The position numbers were made by a program, and so were the translations under genes. From Nemertoderma westbladi (taxonomy: Eukaryota; Animalia; Xenacoelomorpha): a stretch of 56,552 nt of DNA. Under the pieces are notes generated by a model that saw nothing but the letters and a program-made list of their open reading frames with translations, searched no databases and was not told the DNA's origin. This document shows, piece by piece, positions 13,931 to 25,187 of this stretch. Within the stretch, counting starts at the first letter, position 1. The number at the start of each line of letters is the position of its first letter. The DNA lies in the NCBI GenBank assembly GCA_032718475.1, contig JAUCBJ010005476.1:1-56552 (forward strand), given 5' to 3'.

Positions 13931-14254
13931 GGTTTGCACTGGTAACATAGCACCCCAAGATCTCCTGGTCAGCACAATTTCAACATATTTAAAGCTTCTA
14001 TACTGAAACTATATAGAACATTAACTATACATAGTTATAGATGCTGTGATGCTTTCTATCTATCCACTGAGAAGTCCAAAGTGATAAAAAAAGCCTTATA
14101 TCTTTTTACACGCCATCTTATGTGCATATTAGGTTACATAACTTTTGTAAAGCAATTCCACACACATCTGCCAAAGATTGTTACATTAAATTCGAATTAT
14201 TAATCTTCGTTCTATATCCCTCAATGAGTTTGACATAATGTTTCTGTACACAAA

Positions 14255-14498
14255 ACATTCCCTGTGAGGACCAGCCATGCATAATCTTGTGCTTTGTTTG
14301 GCAGCCTCGCGGAGGTGAATGAGTATGGCAACCCATGACTTTCTTGAGACGCATCTTAAAGGACACTGGCCTCAAAGATGCGGATGATCTAGCACATGTC
14401 ATGGGTGATAGGGAGTTCTGGCAGCACAATTTTGTCGACAGCTGGCACAGCATTCTTGAAAATGCAGCTGGAATGCAGCATGCCAATCCTAGTAGTAT
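14255..14498 (+). mobile_element. RTE-clade LINE 3' fragment
   Basis: QPMTFLRRILKDTGLKDADDL..MGDRE.W with a tagtagta tail; same family as the insertions at 34648 and 34976. Confidence 0.85.
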
Positions 14499-15082
14499 AT
14501 TGCTTATAAAGAAACTGTTGCGATCATATAAAAGCCCATTACAAAAGGGAGAGAGGTGGGTACATGAAATGGGAGGCAAAATTATAGGGGCTTCTAAAAT
14601 ATGATAGTGTTCTGTCCTCTTGTCTGTTCAGTTCATATTCTAAGAAATCTGCAGACTCAATTGTTATATTGTCTAATTCTAATGGTCAAATCGGAATAAT
14701 CGAACAGATTGATTCTGATGACAAAATAATAACTTTTCATTCATTTTCAATCAAAAGCGAGTTGTTCACCCAGCCAGTAAACTCGAGATACTCAAGTGGA
14801 TTAAATTTCGCCTCTCACGGCTATCATTGACAACATTGATAACAGTTTCAGCATTTCAATGGGCCTTCTCAAAGGAACGCTTCTTCCCAAGTAGATGATG
14901 TTAGTTTGATGGAAATATAATATAGCTGGGAAACAAGTTAGATTTAGAGACAGTTCATATTCAGGAGGTTTCATATTGTGGAATTTGGCTCATATAAGTA
15001 TAAACACAGCCGGTGGGAAGATGCATCATTCCAGGAAATTAAAAATAAGGAGGAAAATAAATTTTGAACCAGAAGCTATTTC

Positions 15083-15457
15083 GTCTCTGGATATCACCAT
15101 AGGGAGGAAACAGCCTCGAAATGGTGTGAACCCGAAGAATTTGGCAGACCTGAAAACTCAGCTTGAATACGTTCCTCGCATACATCGCGGATTTTACATT
15201 GATTTGATTGAAAGCAACTCTATGAGTGATAATACTGATATAGACTAAGCACCTAAACTAAACACCAATTTATACTGTACTGCTGGAGAATTGACTAACT
15301 CTCCCATTTATTTTATACATGTTTGTGTAATTTTATTAAAACTGGGTAAAACTGTATTGGTAAGAAATTTAAAATTAAAACTGTGTTGTTTTAACAACAT
15401 AATACAGACTAGCTGAATGAAAAATAATTTTGTTCTGATGATAAGGATGATGATCGG
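15083..15457 (+). mobile_element. DNA-transposon 3' fragment (Sola-like C-terminus), copy 2
   Basis: Direct repeat of 13557-13930. ORF 14976-15248 ends KNLADLKTQLEYVPRIHRGFYIDLI. Confidence 0.45.
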
Positions 15458-15875
15458 ATAATACTCATATGATCGGACTACATAGTAATATCAGGTATTC
15501 ATTGTGAAAAGTAGAATATAAAAATCTTAAAAAAAAAATCTTTAAAGTCGATTTAATCAAAACGTCATTTTGTATATAACATGTTGTTGCTCCGAGGGCT
15601 GAATTGGAGAACTGTAACATTAATTAATAAATATAAACAGATTGTATGAGTTTTACTACAGTATCACTACAGTATAAAACTTAAGTGCAGAACATAAAAA
15701 TAAAAATTAAGAAAGTTTTAAAATAGTGCAGAAAAAAAAATGTGTTTATCGGAAATTTTTCTATAGGTAAAAAGCCAGTGAGTGAATCATGATGTGGCTC
15801 AGGTTTAGATATATTGGCCAAACTTTATTGAGTTTTGGATTCGGGTGGATTTCAGGGTTAAAAGTATCATTATCT

Positions 15876-17669
15876 CAGTGCTCCCAGTTGCTACTTTTTT
15901 ACCTTTTTTACCTTTTTTCTAGCCATTTACCTTTTTTACCTTTTTTTTAACAACCCCAGATGATATTGATATATCAATATGTAAAGTCGTGTTATACAAT
16001 CTTAATGGTACAGGCGCATTTCCAATTTATATTATTTATCCAAATATTACTAGTAGGACTACAGTTGTATGGCCAATAGGCCTACTCATTCTGTTTTTCT
16101 GTTTGGTACACAGTACTGCAGTACACACTCAAACTCAGTCTGTCAATACTCAATAGGCGTACAGAAACTGAAAGATATCAGTGAGTCTGTTCTGTAGGCT
16201 GTATAATGTTTTGATTTGATTTGATGTATTCATACTGTATTAGGCAGCACTACCGTCTACTGTCACACTGTACAGTTGTACTGCATTCTGGCATTATCTG
16301 GCATTATAATTATAAGTTTATAATATTAAATATTATGACTACAGTTGTATGGCCAATAGGCCTACTCATTCTGTTTTTCTGTTTGGTACACAGTACTGCA
16401 GTACACACTCAGACTCAGTCTGTCAATACTCAATAGGCGTACAGAAACTGAAAGATATCAGTGAGTCTGTTCTGTAGGCTGTATAATGTTTTGATTTGAT
16501 TTGATGTATTCATACTGTATTAGGCAGCACTACCGTCTACTGTCACACTGTACAGTTGTACTGCATTCTGGCATTATCTGGCATTATAATTATAACTTTA
16601 TAATATTAAATATTATGACTACAGTTGTATGGCCAATAGGCCTACTCATTCTGTTTTTCTGTTTGGTACACAGTACTGCACTACACACTCAGACTCAGTC
16701 TGTCAATACTCAATAGGCGTACAGAAACTGAAAGATATCAGTGAGTCTGTTCTGTAGGCTGTATAATGTTTTGATTTGATTTGATGTATTCATACTGTAT
16801 TAGGCAGCAGCACTACCGTCTACTGTCACACTGTACAGTTGTACTGCATTCTGGCATTATCTGGCATTATAATTATAACTTTATAATATCCATCATCCAT
16901 GAAGAGGTCAACAATCATTGGATTGCGACACTGCCAAGAGGCAGTGAAATGGGGGGGGGGGGGGGGGGGGGGGGGTGCACACAATGTCGCTTTCACCAGC
17001 GACCTTCTTGCATCTGCCTCTAAGGCATGGGCTGCCTATAATGTTGAGCGTCTACAAGAAGCAGCGTATAAATTTGAAACTAAAAAAGCTGCCGAAACAA
17101 AGCGGCTTTTAGATGAAGAAAGCGAGCGTGAACTGCAAGTAAGAGCGGAGCTTAAACTCCGCAAATCATCTCTGACAAAGAAGCATAATACTATCACGAA
17201 CCTGTGTGTCTCTGTATAAACGATGATTAGAGTCGCTGATAGTCAACTGGCTTCTGCTCTGGCCAGTTGCGACTTGACCTCAGCTTCAATTGCGAATAAA
17301 TCCCGTGCGTCAGCAGATACTCAACTCAAAGACCATCAAAATGTATTGTGCTCTATTGCAAAGGAACTTTCTGATATAGATGTGAAGCTGGCTACTTCGA
17401 GCAGCAGGAAAAGGCAACGAGTTGATAAGGATTAGTTTAGTTAGGTGCCCTAATAAACTGATATGTTAACATAATGAATGATTATATTGGATTTGTTAAT
17501 ATGATATATAACATCTATCTCAAAATGTAATATTTGTTTTCTGGATACGGTTTGGATATGGATACTGGGTATAGGTTTGATTTTTAACCACCTTTTTTTT
17601 ACCTTTTTTTATGACCCATGTTTACATTTTCACCTTTTTTTTTGGTGGAAATTCTCCCTGGGAGGGCTG
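15876..17669 (+). mobile_element. Internally deleted hAT-like transposon with 6-bp TSD
   Basis: TIRs cagtgctcccag / ctgggagggctg. TSD ttatct at 15870-15875 and 17670-17675. Subterminal ttttacctttttt repeats at both ends. C-terminal transposase remnant STIIGLR..EAV..GG.HNVAFTSDLL..A..Y plus coiled coil at 16899-17435. Confidence 0.7.
16057..16888. repeat. 280-bp tandem repeat, 3 near-identical copies
   Basis: Units start at 16057, 16337 and 16617 (gactacagttgtatggcc...). Confidence 0.95.
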
Positions 17670-17851
17670 TTATCTGTAAAATTAAGATTTTTAATCAAAG
17701 CCTTGAAATGCTTTATAAGCATACAGTCTTTAAAAATCGGGGTAGCTACCACCGGATGTTTTGTCCAGTACATCCAATAGTCCTGTTTATTTATAATGCC
17801 TAAAAGCATTGTAAGCCTTCCTTCCTTCCTTCCTTCCACTGCATAGGGCCT

Positions 17852-19870
17852 AGCAATAGCAAGAGTCACCCATAATGGCATCAAATCAAGAAGTTAATAC
17901 ATCCCCTACGGTTGATCCGGATGTTTGTATGGTGGAGAAAGATGAGCCGATGCAAGGAACATCGTCGGAGAAAAGACCCAGTTCAAACGGAGCGTCCAAC
18001 TCCTCAGGGAAGAAAATGTTTCAACCGAGCCGCATGGCTCCTATGACTATTCTGCTGGACATTAATCAAGCGACGCCTATCGATGAAATACTGGAAATGA
18101 TAGTTACGGTTGACGATGCAGCCCTAGTGCATACTCATCTAACTAACAACATGCCTGGATGGCCGCAGAGTGACAAAGATAAACGTGTAACAGGGTATGA
18201 GCTGTTGATGAGCATCTCAAAGAGCATGATGGCGCTGATAAGCAATCGGCAAATTCTGGGGACGATCTTTGAAACCGGGATTGACGTTATGATGCTTGTA
18301 AAAAGGGCATGGGGCCTAGTTAGAATGGTGGAAGGCAATCTACAGGTAATTGTCCCCGAAAATAAAATGAAGGTCGAGGATGCCAAATCAAAATGGCAAC
18401 GGAACGGTGTGAGTGCTGAAGAAAGAACTGATAAAAAGTGGGATGAGTACTTGACCAATTACCCAGGAGAGGCTCTTTACGAGGACTCTGAAGACATTTT
18501 CTACCAGACCATAAGGCTTATTTCAGCTGATAGCAAAGTGACCATTCGCAAACTGAACATAAGTTCGGTTGCCAAGGTTATATTATCGGTGATCAAATCT
18601 CCCCGAGATTTTCGGTTCGGCGACTATGGTCCCAACGCCACAGAGGCGGAGTATTTAAAGAAAAGGTTGGAGACATTAGACAAAGGACTAGGGCTCTTTT
18701 CAGAAATTGCAACAAGATACCGGGCATTAGTAAACCCGACAAGGATGAATCTAACAAACGACTCAGCTATGAAGGTGAGAGACGCCCTGAGAGTGTTTGG
18801 TATAAAGGGCTGTGCCCTCGGCAAGAACGATCAAATAAAATACCAAAAGAACCTTGGTTTAGTCTACAAGCTTAAAGCCTTAAGCTCCCATCGAGGGAAG
18901 GTAAATCTTAAAAGACTGAACAACAACTCAGTGGGGAAAAAGGGGGGGCGTCGGGTACTAGGTAAAGACACCGCAAAAACTCAGGTGGCTGCAGTGAACA
19001 AAGCAGGGGCTACCAAGGCAGCCAAGGTGATAAGCGGGCTTATGGACTGCTCGGTGAGAGCTGAGCAAAAAGAGTTGATAAGAACATTCGGGCAGGAAAT
19101 GCCAAAAATGGAAAACGATGACTTTAAAAATGGCTTATCATTCATCCTTCAATCCTTTGCTACGTTCCTACCAAAGTCCCAAGAAAGAGGTTGTCCTACT
19201 CTGGATGTTAGATGCATGTATGGACAATCTTAATGTAATTGGAGATTTAGTCGGGTTCGAAAAGGGCGCTTTCAGATGTCGGGCAGAACTTCCAGTAAAG
19301 TCGAAGTTGGATCTCGGAAGGATCAATAATCAACCGGCAACGTTGCATGAACACCCATTCATACATAAGTGGGCAGCCCCGTTGAAGGGGTCCGCGACCA
19401 AATCGCAAACTGTTTCAAGGGACTTTATTGTCATCCCTTCTTGCCACTTTCCACGTATAAATTCCAATAAAATCAAAGGAAATCAGCATTGCTCACGTCT
19501 TTCAGTACCTGCAAGGCACGGGTTGCAGATCTCGTCGACAAAGAAATGCAAGACATTCGCAGCAGGAAAGTAACGGACGCCCAGTTCGATGGCGACAAGA
19601 TGTATACCTTTAATGTTGACAAACCGACTGGGAACATTGAAATTACTACCGGACCAATGCCGACTGCAAAAAAGTGGGCGATCAAAACCTGGCTATCTGG
19701 ACTGGAGCCTGAGGAAGAGGCGAAATAGACTTTTGCACGAATTAACTGCTATCTGTGCTTTATTTACGGTCGAACTTATCATAAACTTTATTATGCAATG
19801 TATATCTATGCAGTAATATGTAAAATGGCGTTAAGAGCCAAATATATTAATTTAAAAAAAAAAAAAAAAA
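17852..19870 (+). other. Endogenous viral element: retrocopied orthomyxovirus-like nucleoprotein (NP) mRNA
   Basis: Starts AGCAATAGCAAG, with ATG 23 nt later. Intronless NP-like frame 17875-19728, 125-nt 3' UTR, then A17 at 19854-19870. Composition is purine-rich and more GC-rich than the flanks. Confidence 0.75.
17875..19728 (+). pseudogene. Articulavirales-like nucleoprotein, ~617 codons, two frameshifts (~19190, ~19470)
   Basis: By-eye colinear similarity to influenza A / ISAV NP as recalled: ATRYRALV~ATYQRTRALV; CSVRAEQKELI~FQTAAQRAMM / CRTEEQRLL; LSFILQSF~LIFLARSA; LLWMLDACMDNLNV~LVWMACHSAAFEDLRV; KWAAPLKG..FIVIPSC~YWAIRTRS..ISIQPTF; DAQFDG~DVSFQG; acidic C-terminus. Confidence 0.75.
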
Positions 19871-21119
19871 GTGGTGGGCTGCTGGGAGACCAACCGGAAC
19901 CAGCGCAGTGGTTCTTCTGGGGCCCGTAGCCCTCCCCTCAGGGTCACCACCGTCAACTTCAAGCAAATCGGGCAGCTGTGCTTGGGCTGCCCGACTATGC
20001 TGAGGTCGACGGTGGACGCTGACACATCCATCTTCTTCTTTGATTAACCCATATCAGCGTTTAAACTAGTTAATTAATTAATTAAAGAAGGTTGGTTGGT
20101 TGTAGCAGAGTCAGTCAGTCCAGCAGTCAGTTGCAAAGTTTTCTGCAGTAATGCACGCAATGCAAAGACTGAAATAATTATTTATTCATTGAATGAATAA
20201 ATAAATTCGATTTAAATTAAATGAATAAACAAAACCATTTACATTACATCATTAATTACAGTTGCAACAGCTCATCTCCAAATTATTTAATTAATATCAC
20301 CTGGCAGCAATACCCAAGCTGAATATTTATTTATTTGTACTTCCCTCCTATTAATTTCCTAATTGATTTTGTATATCATTACCCTTAATTAAGATATAAA
20401 CTTGCATGCAGCTCATCTGCCAGGTCACTTATATACATGATGTAGAGAGAGGGTGTGCTAGGGCGTCTGCTTGTTTAGCTCCTCTGTGCTGTCGTATAGC
20501 GTCTAGTAATATTCCACCATCCGATATACAGAGATTCTATGATATACAGACATTCCATGCCATGGGGCTTATAATTATAACCAAGAATATTACCATAGTC
20601 ATACTATTCTATTTCAGTATTGTATCTGATTAAGATTGGATAATTGATTCAATACTAAAGTTAATATACATCCTCTATTTGATCCAAATAGATTAGGATT
20701 TTCATCACTTGTTGTTCCTATGATGGATTCGAAATCACCCCTTTCCCCACCAAGCAGCCAAGTACACTCCTTGTGGCACCTGTGTCAGAAGGTGAATATT
20801 TGATCTAGAACAAATTGAAACAAATTGGATACCCAAGGCGGACCGTTATATTATAATGCCCAAAACGTGTGAAATATCTTTTAAAATATGTGAAATAGCA
20901 TCTCAGGTACATTATAGCCAAAACTAAACCTTTTTGAACTCTGGGAGTGAGAAAATCGAACAGTTGTCCGAATACCGTATGGGAGGGAGGGAGGTGTTAA
21001 ATAAATTGCATTTTTTTTGTTTTTTTTTAGGGACCTATCATCAGCATTTACATTCGTTATAATGCAATGGCGAGAAAATGGCGTTATAATGCGATGCCAA
21101 GAAGTTCCTTTATTAATGG

Positions 21120-21650
21120 TCATAGTGGCATAGTGGCAAAGATACCGAAAGATCTTATGACACGAATAAAGTTAAGAAAGACGTAAGTAAACCCAAGGTG
21201 CGAACTAGTGGCAAGGGAGAACAGATAAAAACTACCCCTACGTCTCCCAAGAGAATTCCTGGTAGGAAGCCCGAAGAAAGAGCTAGTGACACTAGAGACA
21301 CTGACCATAGTTCGGAGATGGAAGGATTCTATACAGATGAACTTTCTGATGAAAATGAATCTTGTTATATGATCAACACAACCATATATCGAGCCCTTAC
21401 ATATGAGACAGAAACGGAGGGAGAAGAACACCAACTATCCATTCCGGATCGACAGCATTCATGGAAAGTTTCGACACCATCTGTCGGCATCCGAGAGTTT
21501 CCAGTGGTGCACCTCAGAGTACATGGACAAGGCAAGAGCTTAATAGTAAATGCACTCCTTGACTCCGGTAGTACGTGGGGTCATTTATCGCACTCCTGGA
21601 GCCGGGATTCCATTGGGGGTGGAGTCGACCCACCTCCACATTATGACTTC
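21120..21650 (+). mobile_element. LTR-retrotransposon gag/protease fragment
   Basis: FPVVHLRV...IVNALLDSGST retropepsin active-site motif in the N-terminal part of ORF 21198-22478. Confidence 0.6.
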
Positions 21651-24600
21651 GCGCCACACCACCAATTTAAACCATTTGAAGTTATACCGGTACCAGAAGT
21701 TGTAATGGGGAGAAAGAACAGACAGAAAGCTGCTGCGCTCCAACGGTCGAGAGGCAGAGGAGGATTCATTCGATCGATCAGCGAGGAAGAGGAACTGGCA
21801 GAAATTCTTAGTAGTACAGCGTCGGAGCGGAAAATTGGAGAAATGGCGGACTACTTGAAGGAGGAATATTCGGAGTTATCCGGGTATCGTATCCAGAGTG
21901 CGCGTAACATATCCAAGCTTATTAATTTAGCTTCGGTACACGGCAGGCATTGCACAGGCATTCTTTCGGGCTGCCAAAATAACTTTCTTACACTGGGGAT
22001 TGATTCCATAATGGAGTTTTCGTGCTCGGAATGTTCCTGGACCGAATGTTTGCAAGCTGCTGAAGCGGGGGACGACTCATCTCAATACGACAGAAATAGG
22101 GCGGTTATCCTGAACCAGCGGGCAGTTTATGCTATGAGCGAAATCGGATCTGGCCTTGAGGATTTATTTAGTATTTGTGAGATCCTCGGTATCCCATGCG
22201 TTATGGCTACAACAACCTGGTCCAAGCATCTCGATAAGATAAGCTCTGTGGTAACTAAGATAGCAGAAAGCAACTTAGTCGAGAACAGGAAGAGTTTGAG
22301 GGGCGATTCTGGGACAGAACCTGTGGCTGTACCGGTATCCTACCATGGTACGTGGGGGACTAGAGGCCACACTGCCAATTTTGGAGTTGGAATATGTATT
22401 TCAATGGAGTCCGGTTTAGTACTGGACTATGGTGTATGGTCTAAATTGTGTAAATTGTGCTTTTGCACCTTTCCCTAAAAAATCCATAGAATATGCGGAA
22501 TTTCTTGAGAGACATTCCCCTGATTGCCCGGGAAATTACAGTTCATCGAGTGGGCAAATGGAAGTGGATATAGCTACAGATATTTTCGGTAGGTCTGCCA
22601 CTCAACTTTTTTCACCCGACCATGGACTTTTATATTCAGAACTGATATGTGATGGTGACAGTGCGGCCTATAATAAAATCGCAAATGTAAATGGGGTCTG
22701 TGGCGGTTGCGAAAAATATCAGTCCATGTCTAGCAAGGAAAAAATAGAATTCAATGAGAACAATGTAGAACATTGGGAGAAACAAGAACTTGGGGAAGTA
22801 GACTGTAAGCGAGTTGTGAAAATGGATTGTGTGAACCACGTAGCAAAGCAACTGGGAAAGGGTTTACGTGATCTCAAATCTGGAACTAAGGGTAGATTGT
22901 CTGATGGAGGCTTTATAGGAGGGAAAAAACACCGACTGACACAAACGACAATAGTGAAGTTGACTGGTTATTATGCGAAGGCAATACTGAGTGCTGTTGA
23001 TAGGGGTGCCCAAACTGAAAGTGAAATAGAATCAGCTGTTCACAAAATGAAGCGAAATATTCTTGCTTCATTTCGACACGGGTGGCTCAAATGAAAAGCG
23101 CCACTTCTATTGTCCAGAGGGTAGTGACAGCTGGTGTCCATACAAAAGAGATGGGAAACCGGTGGTAGACAAGGACCACCACCTAGATGCTGTTTTCTTG
23201 TCCCTCTTATTACCCTTGTATCGTTGCCTTTCTAGTAATCTACTTCTCCGGCGCTGCCTACCAGGCTACACGCAGAACGCAAATGAATCCATAAACTCGT
23301 TGATCTGGGCTAGGGCACCAAAACAAATGTTCTGGGGTCCTGTGCGATCGAAGCTTGCTGCAGTGTCTGCTATATTGCAGTTCAACAAAGGTGCTTCTTG
23401 TTGCTCGGAAATCTTGCATGAACTGGGATATGGGGAACCGACTTATATCACATCAGAGCTACAGGCAAGGAGGGATACACGTAGACTGAGCAACTCTGTG
23501 GAGAAGGTGAAGGTAAAGCGTCAGCGATACGAGGCGAAGGTGAAAAAAGCAAAGCTTGACAATGATGGAGAAGTAAGTGATGAAGATGGCTACTGTCCCG
23601 GAAAGTTTGGAGACACTATGTGAGTGAAATCAACTCACAATTGTTTCGCAATATTAGGTGTCTACTGTATATATATATAATACATATATATATATATAAT
23701 ATATATATTTTAGATTTTTGTGCGTGCATCACTGCCTTTATGTCATAATATTGATATTACAATAAAAATAATAATTAAAATATTGATGTCAATAATAATT
23801 TTATAAAAAAATATAAAAAATAGTAAATAAAAAATATTTAGTGTTACTATTTTTAATATTAATTAAATATATTAATTTTTTAATTTATTAACATTATTAA
23901 TGTATTATAAAGCAAAATCTTTTAAAAAGAAATTTTTATGTAATGTAAAAATTATTTCAATCAAAATCAAAGAAAAAATAGCGTGATATTAATAATTGCA
24001 GTATAATTAAATATATTTATATACATATAAATAAATATATATATTATATATATATATATATATATAGAATTATAATAATGCATGTGGAACATTAAAAAAA
24101 TGAAAATCAGATAAGATAAAAAACAGATAAGATTTGGCTATAACAGTTTATTATGTATTTATTCCACACTTCAATAGAGTCCTATACTCTTATAATTAAT
24201 GTTTAACAAACTTTAACCCTTTCGGTACCATGGCTCACCCATGCGAGCCACGTCAATAGGCACCTTGGCTCGCATGTATGAGCCATAGATTTAATATGTA
24301 TCTATGGGTGATTAGTTGCCAATGGCGCATAAGTGGCATAATTCAAATATATCTGGCGCACTCTAAGAAAAATTTCAAAAACCTAAACCATGGTTGGGAC
24401 CTACCATACTGCCTGACTGCAGCCACCAAACTGTAGCTAACATACAATACATTTCTGCAGTCTGCATATTACATAATATAGGTACTGTACACATGTTTTA
24501 TAACCACTTCTTCACATTATTAATTAGAGATGTCTGGCTCACTTTAGGGTACTGTAACATTCAGAACTTATATTATTTTAGATAGCCGTTTAGTGTTTTG

Positions 24601-25187
24601 GTTATATTTAGTGGCCAAAGCGAAATGAACTGAAACGATGTGATTTTTATTTATGATGAAGGTTTTTTTTAACCACGTCTGCATTTATCAATTAGATAGG
24701 TCTGGCTCGCTCTAGGGTACCGTAACATTCAGAACTTATATGATTTTAGATGTCCGTTTAGTGTTTTGGTTATATTTGATGGCCAAAGCGAAATTAACTG
24801 AAACAAGGCGATTATTTTTGATGAAGGTTTTTTAACCACGTCTGCACTTTATCAATTAGATAGGTCTGGCTCGCTATAGGGTACCGTAACATTCAGAACC
24901 TATATGATTTAGATGGCCGTTTAGTGTTTTGGTTATAGATTGAGTAAACAATGTAATGTTCCTTTTGGAATGCCTAACCATGTAAGCATGCAGGCGTGTG
25001 ACCCTAACCCTAAGTTAATTTTTCCCAATTACATATAATTATTATAATTTCAGTCTGGCAGTGCTGTACCATATATGCTTTCACTCTGGTAGTTTTAGAT
25101 ACAGTAGGCCTATAGGCCTACTGATATACACTACGCACTAGATTTACTTATTTAGATATACACTGTACACTGTTAGTTGGCCATGTC

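Noticed and set aside
16221-17023. Three repeated 71-80 aa ORFs
   Set aside because: Products of the 280-bp tandem repeat with TTG starts; no coding evidence.
17729-17753. ggggtagctaccacc as the missing 5' terminus of the second Kolobok
   Set aside because: Only partial similarity to the 3' terminus and no TTAA directly adjoining the G-run.
19880-20035. HDV-like or hammerhead ribozyme
   Set aside because: I could not build the nested pseudoknot or find CUGANGA/GAAA cores; kept only as a hairpin.
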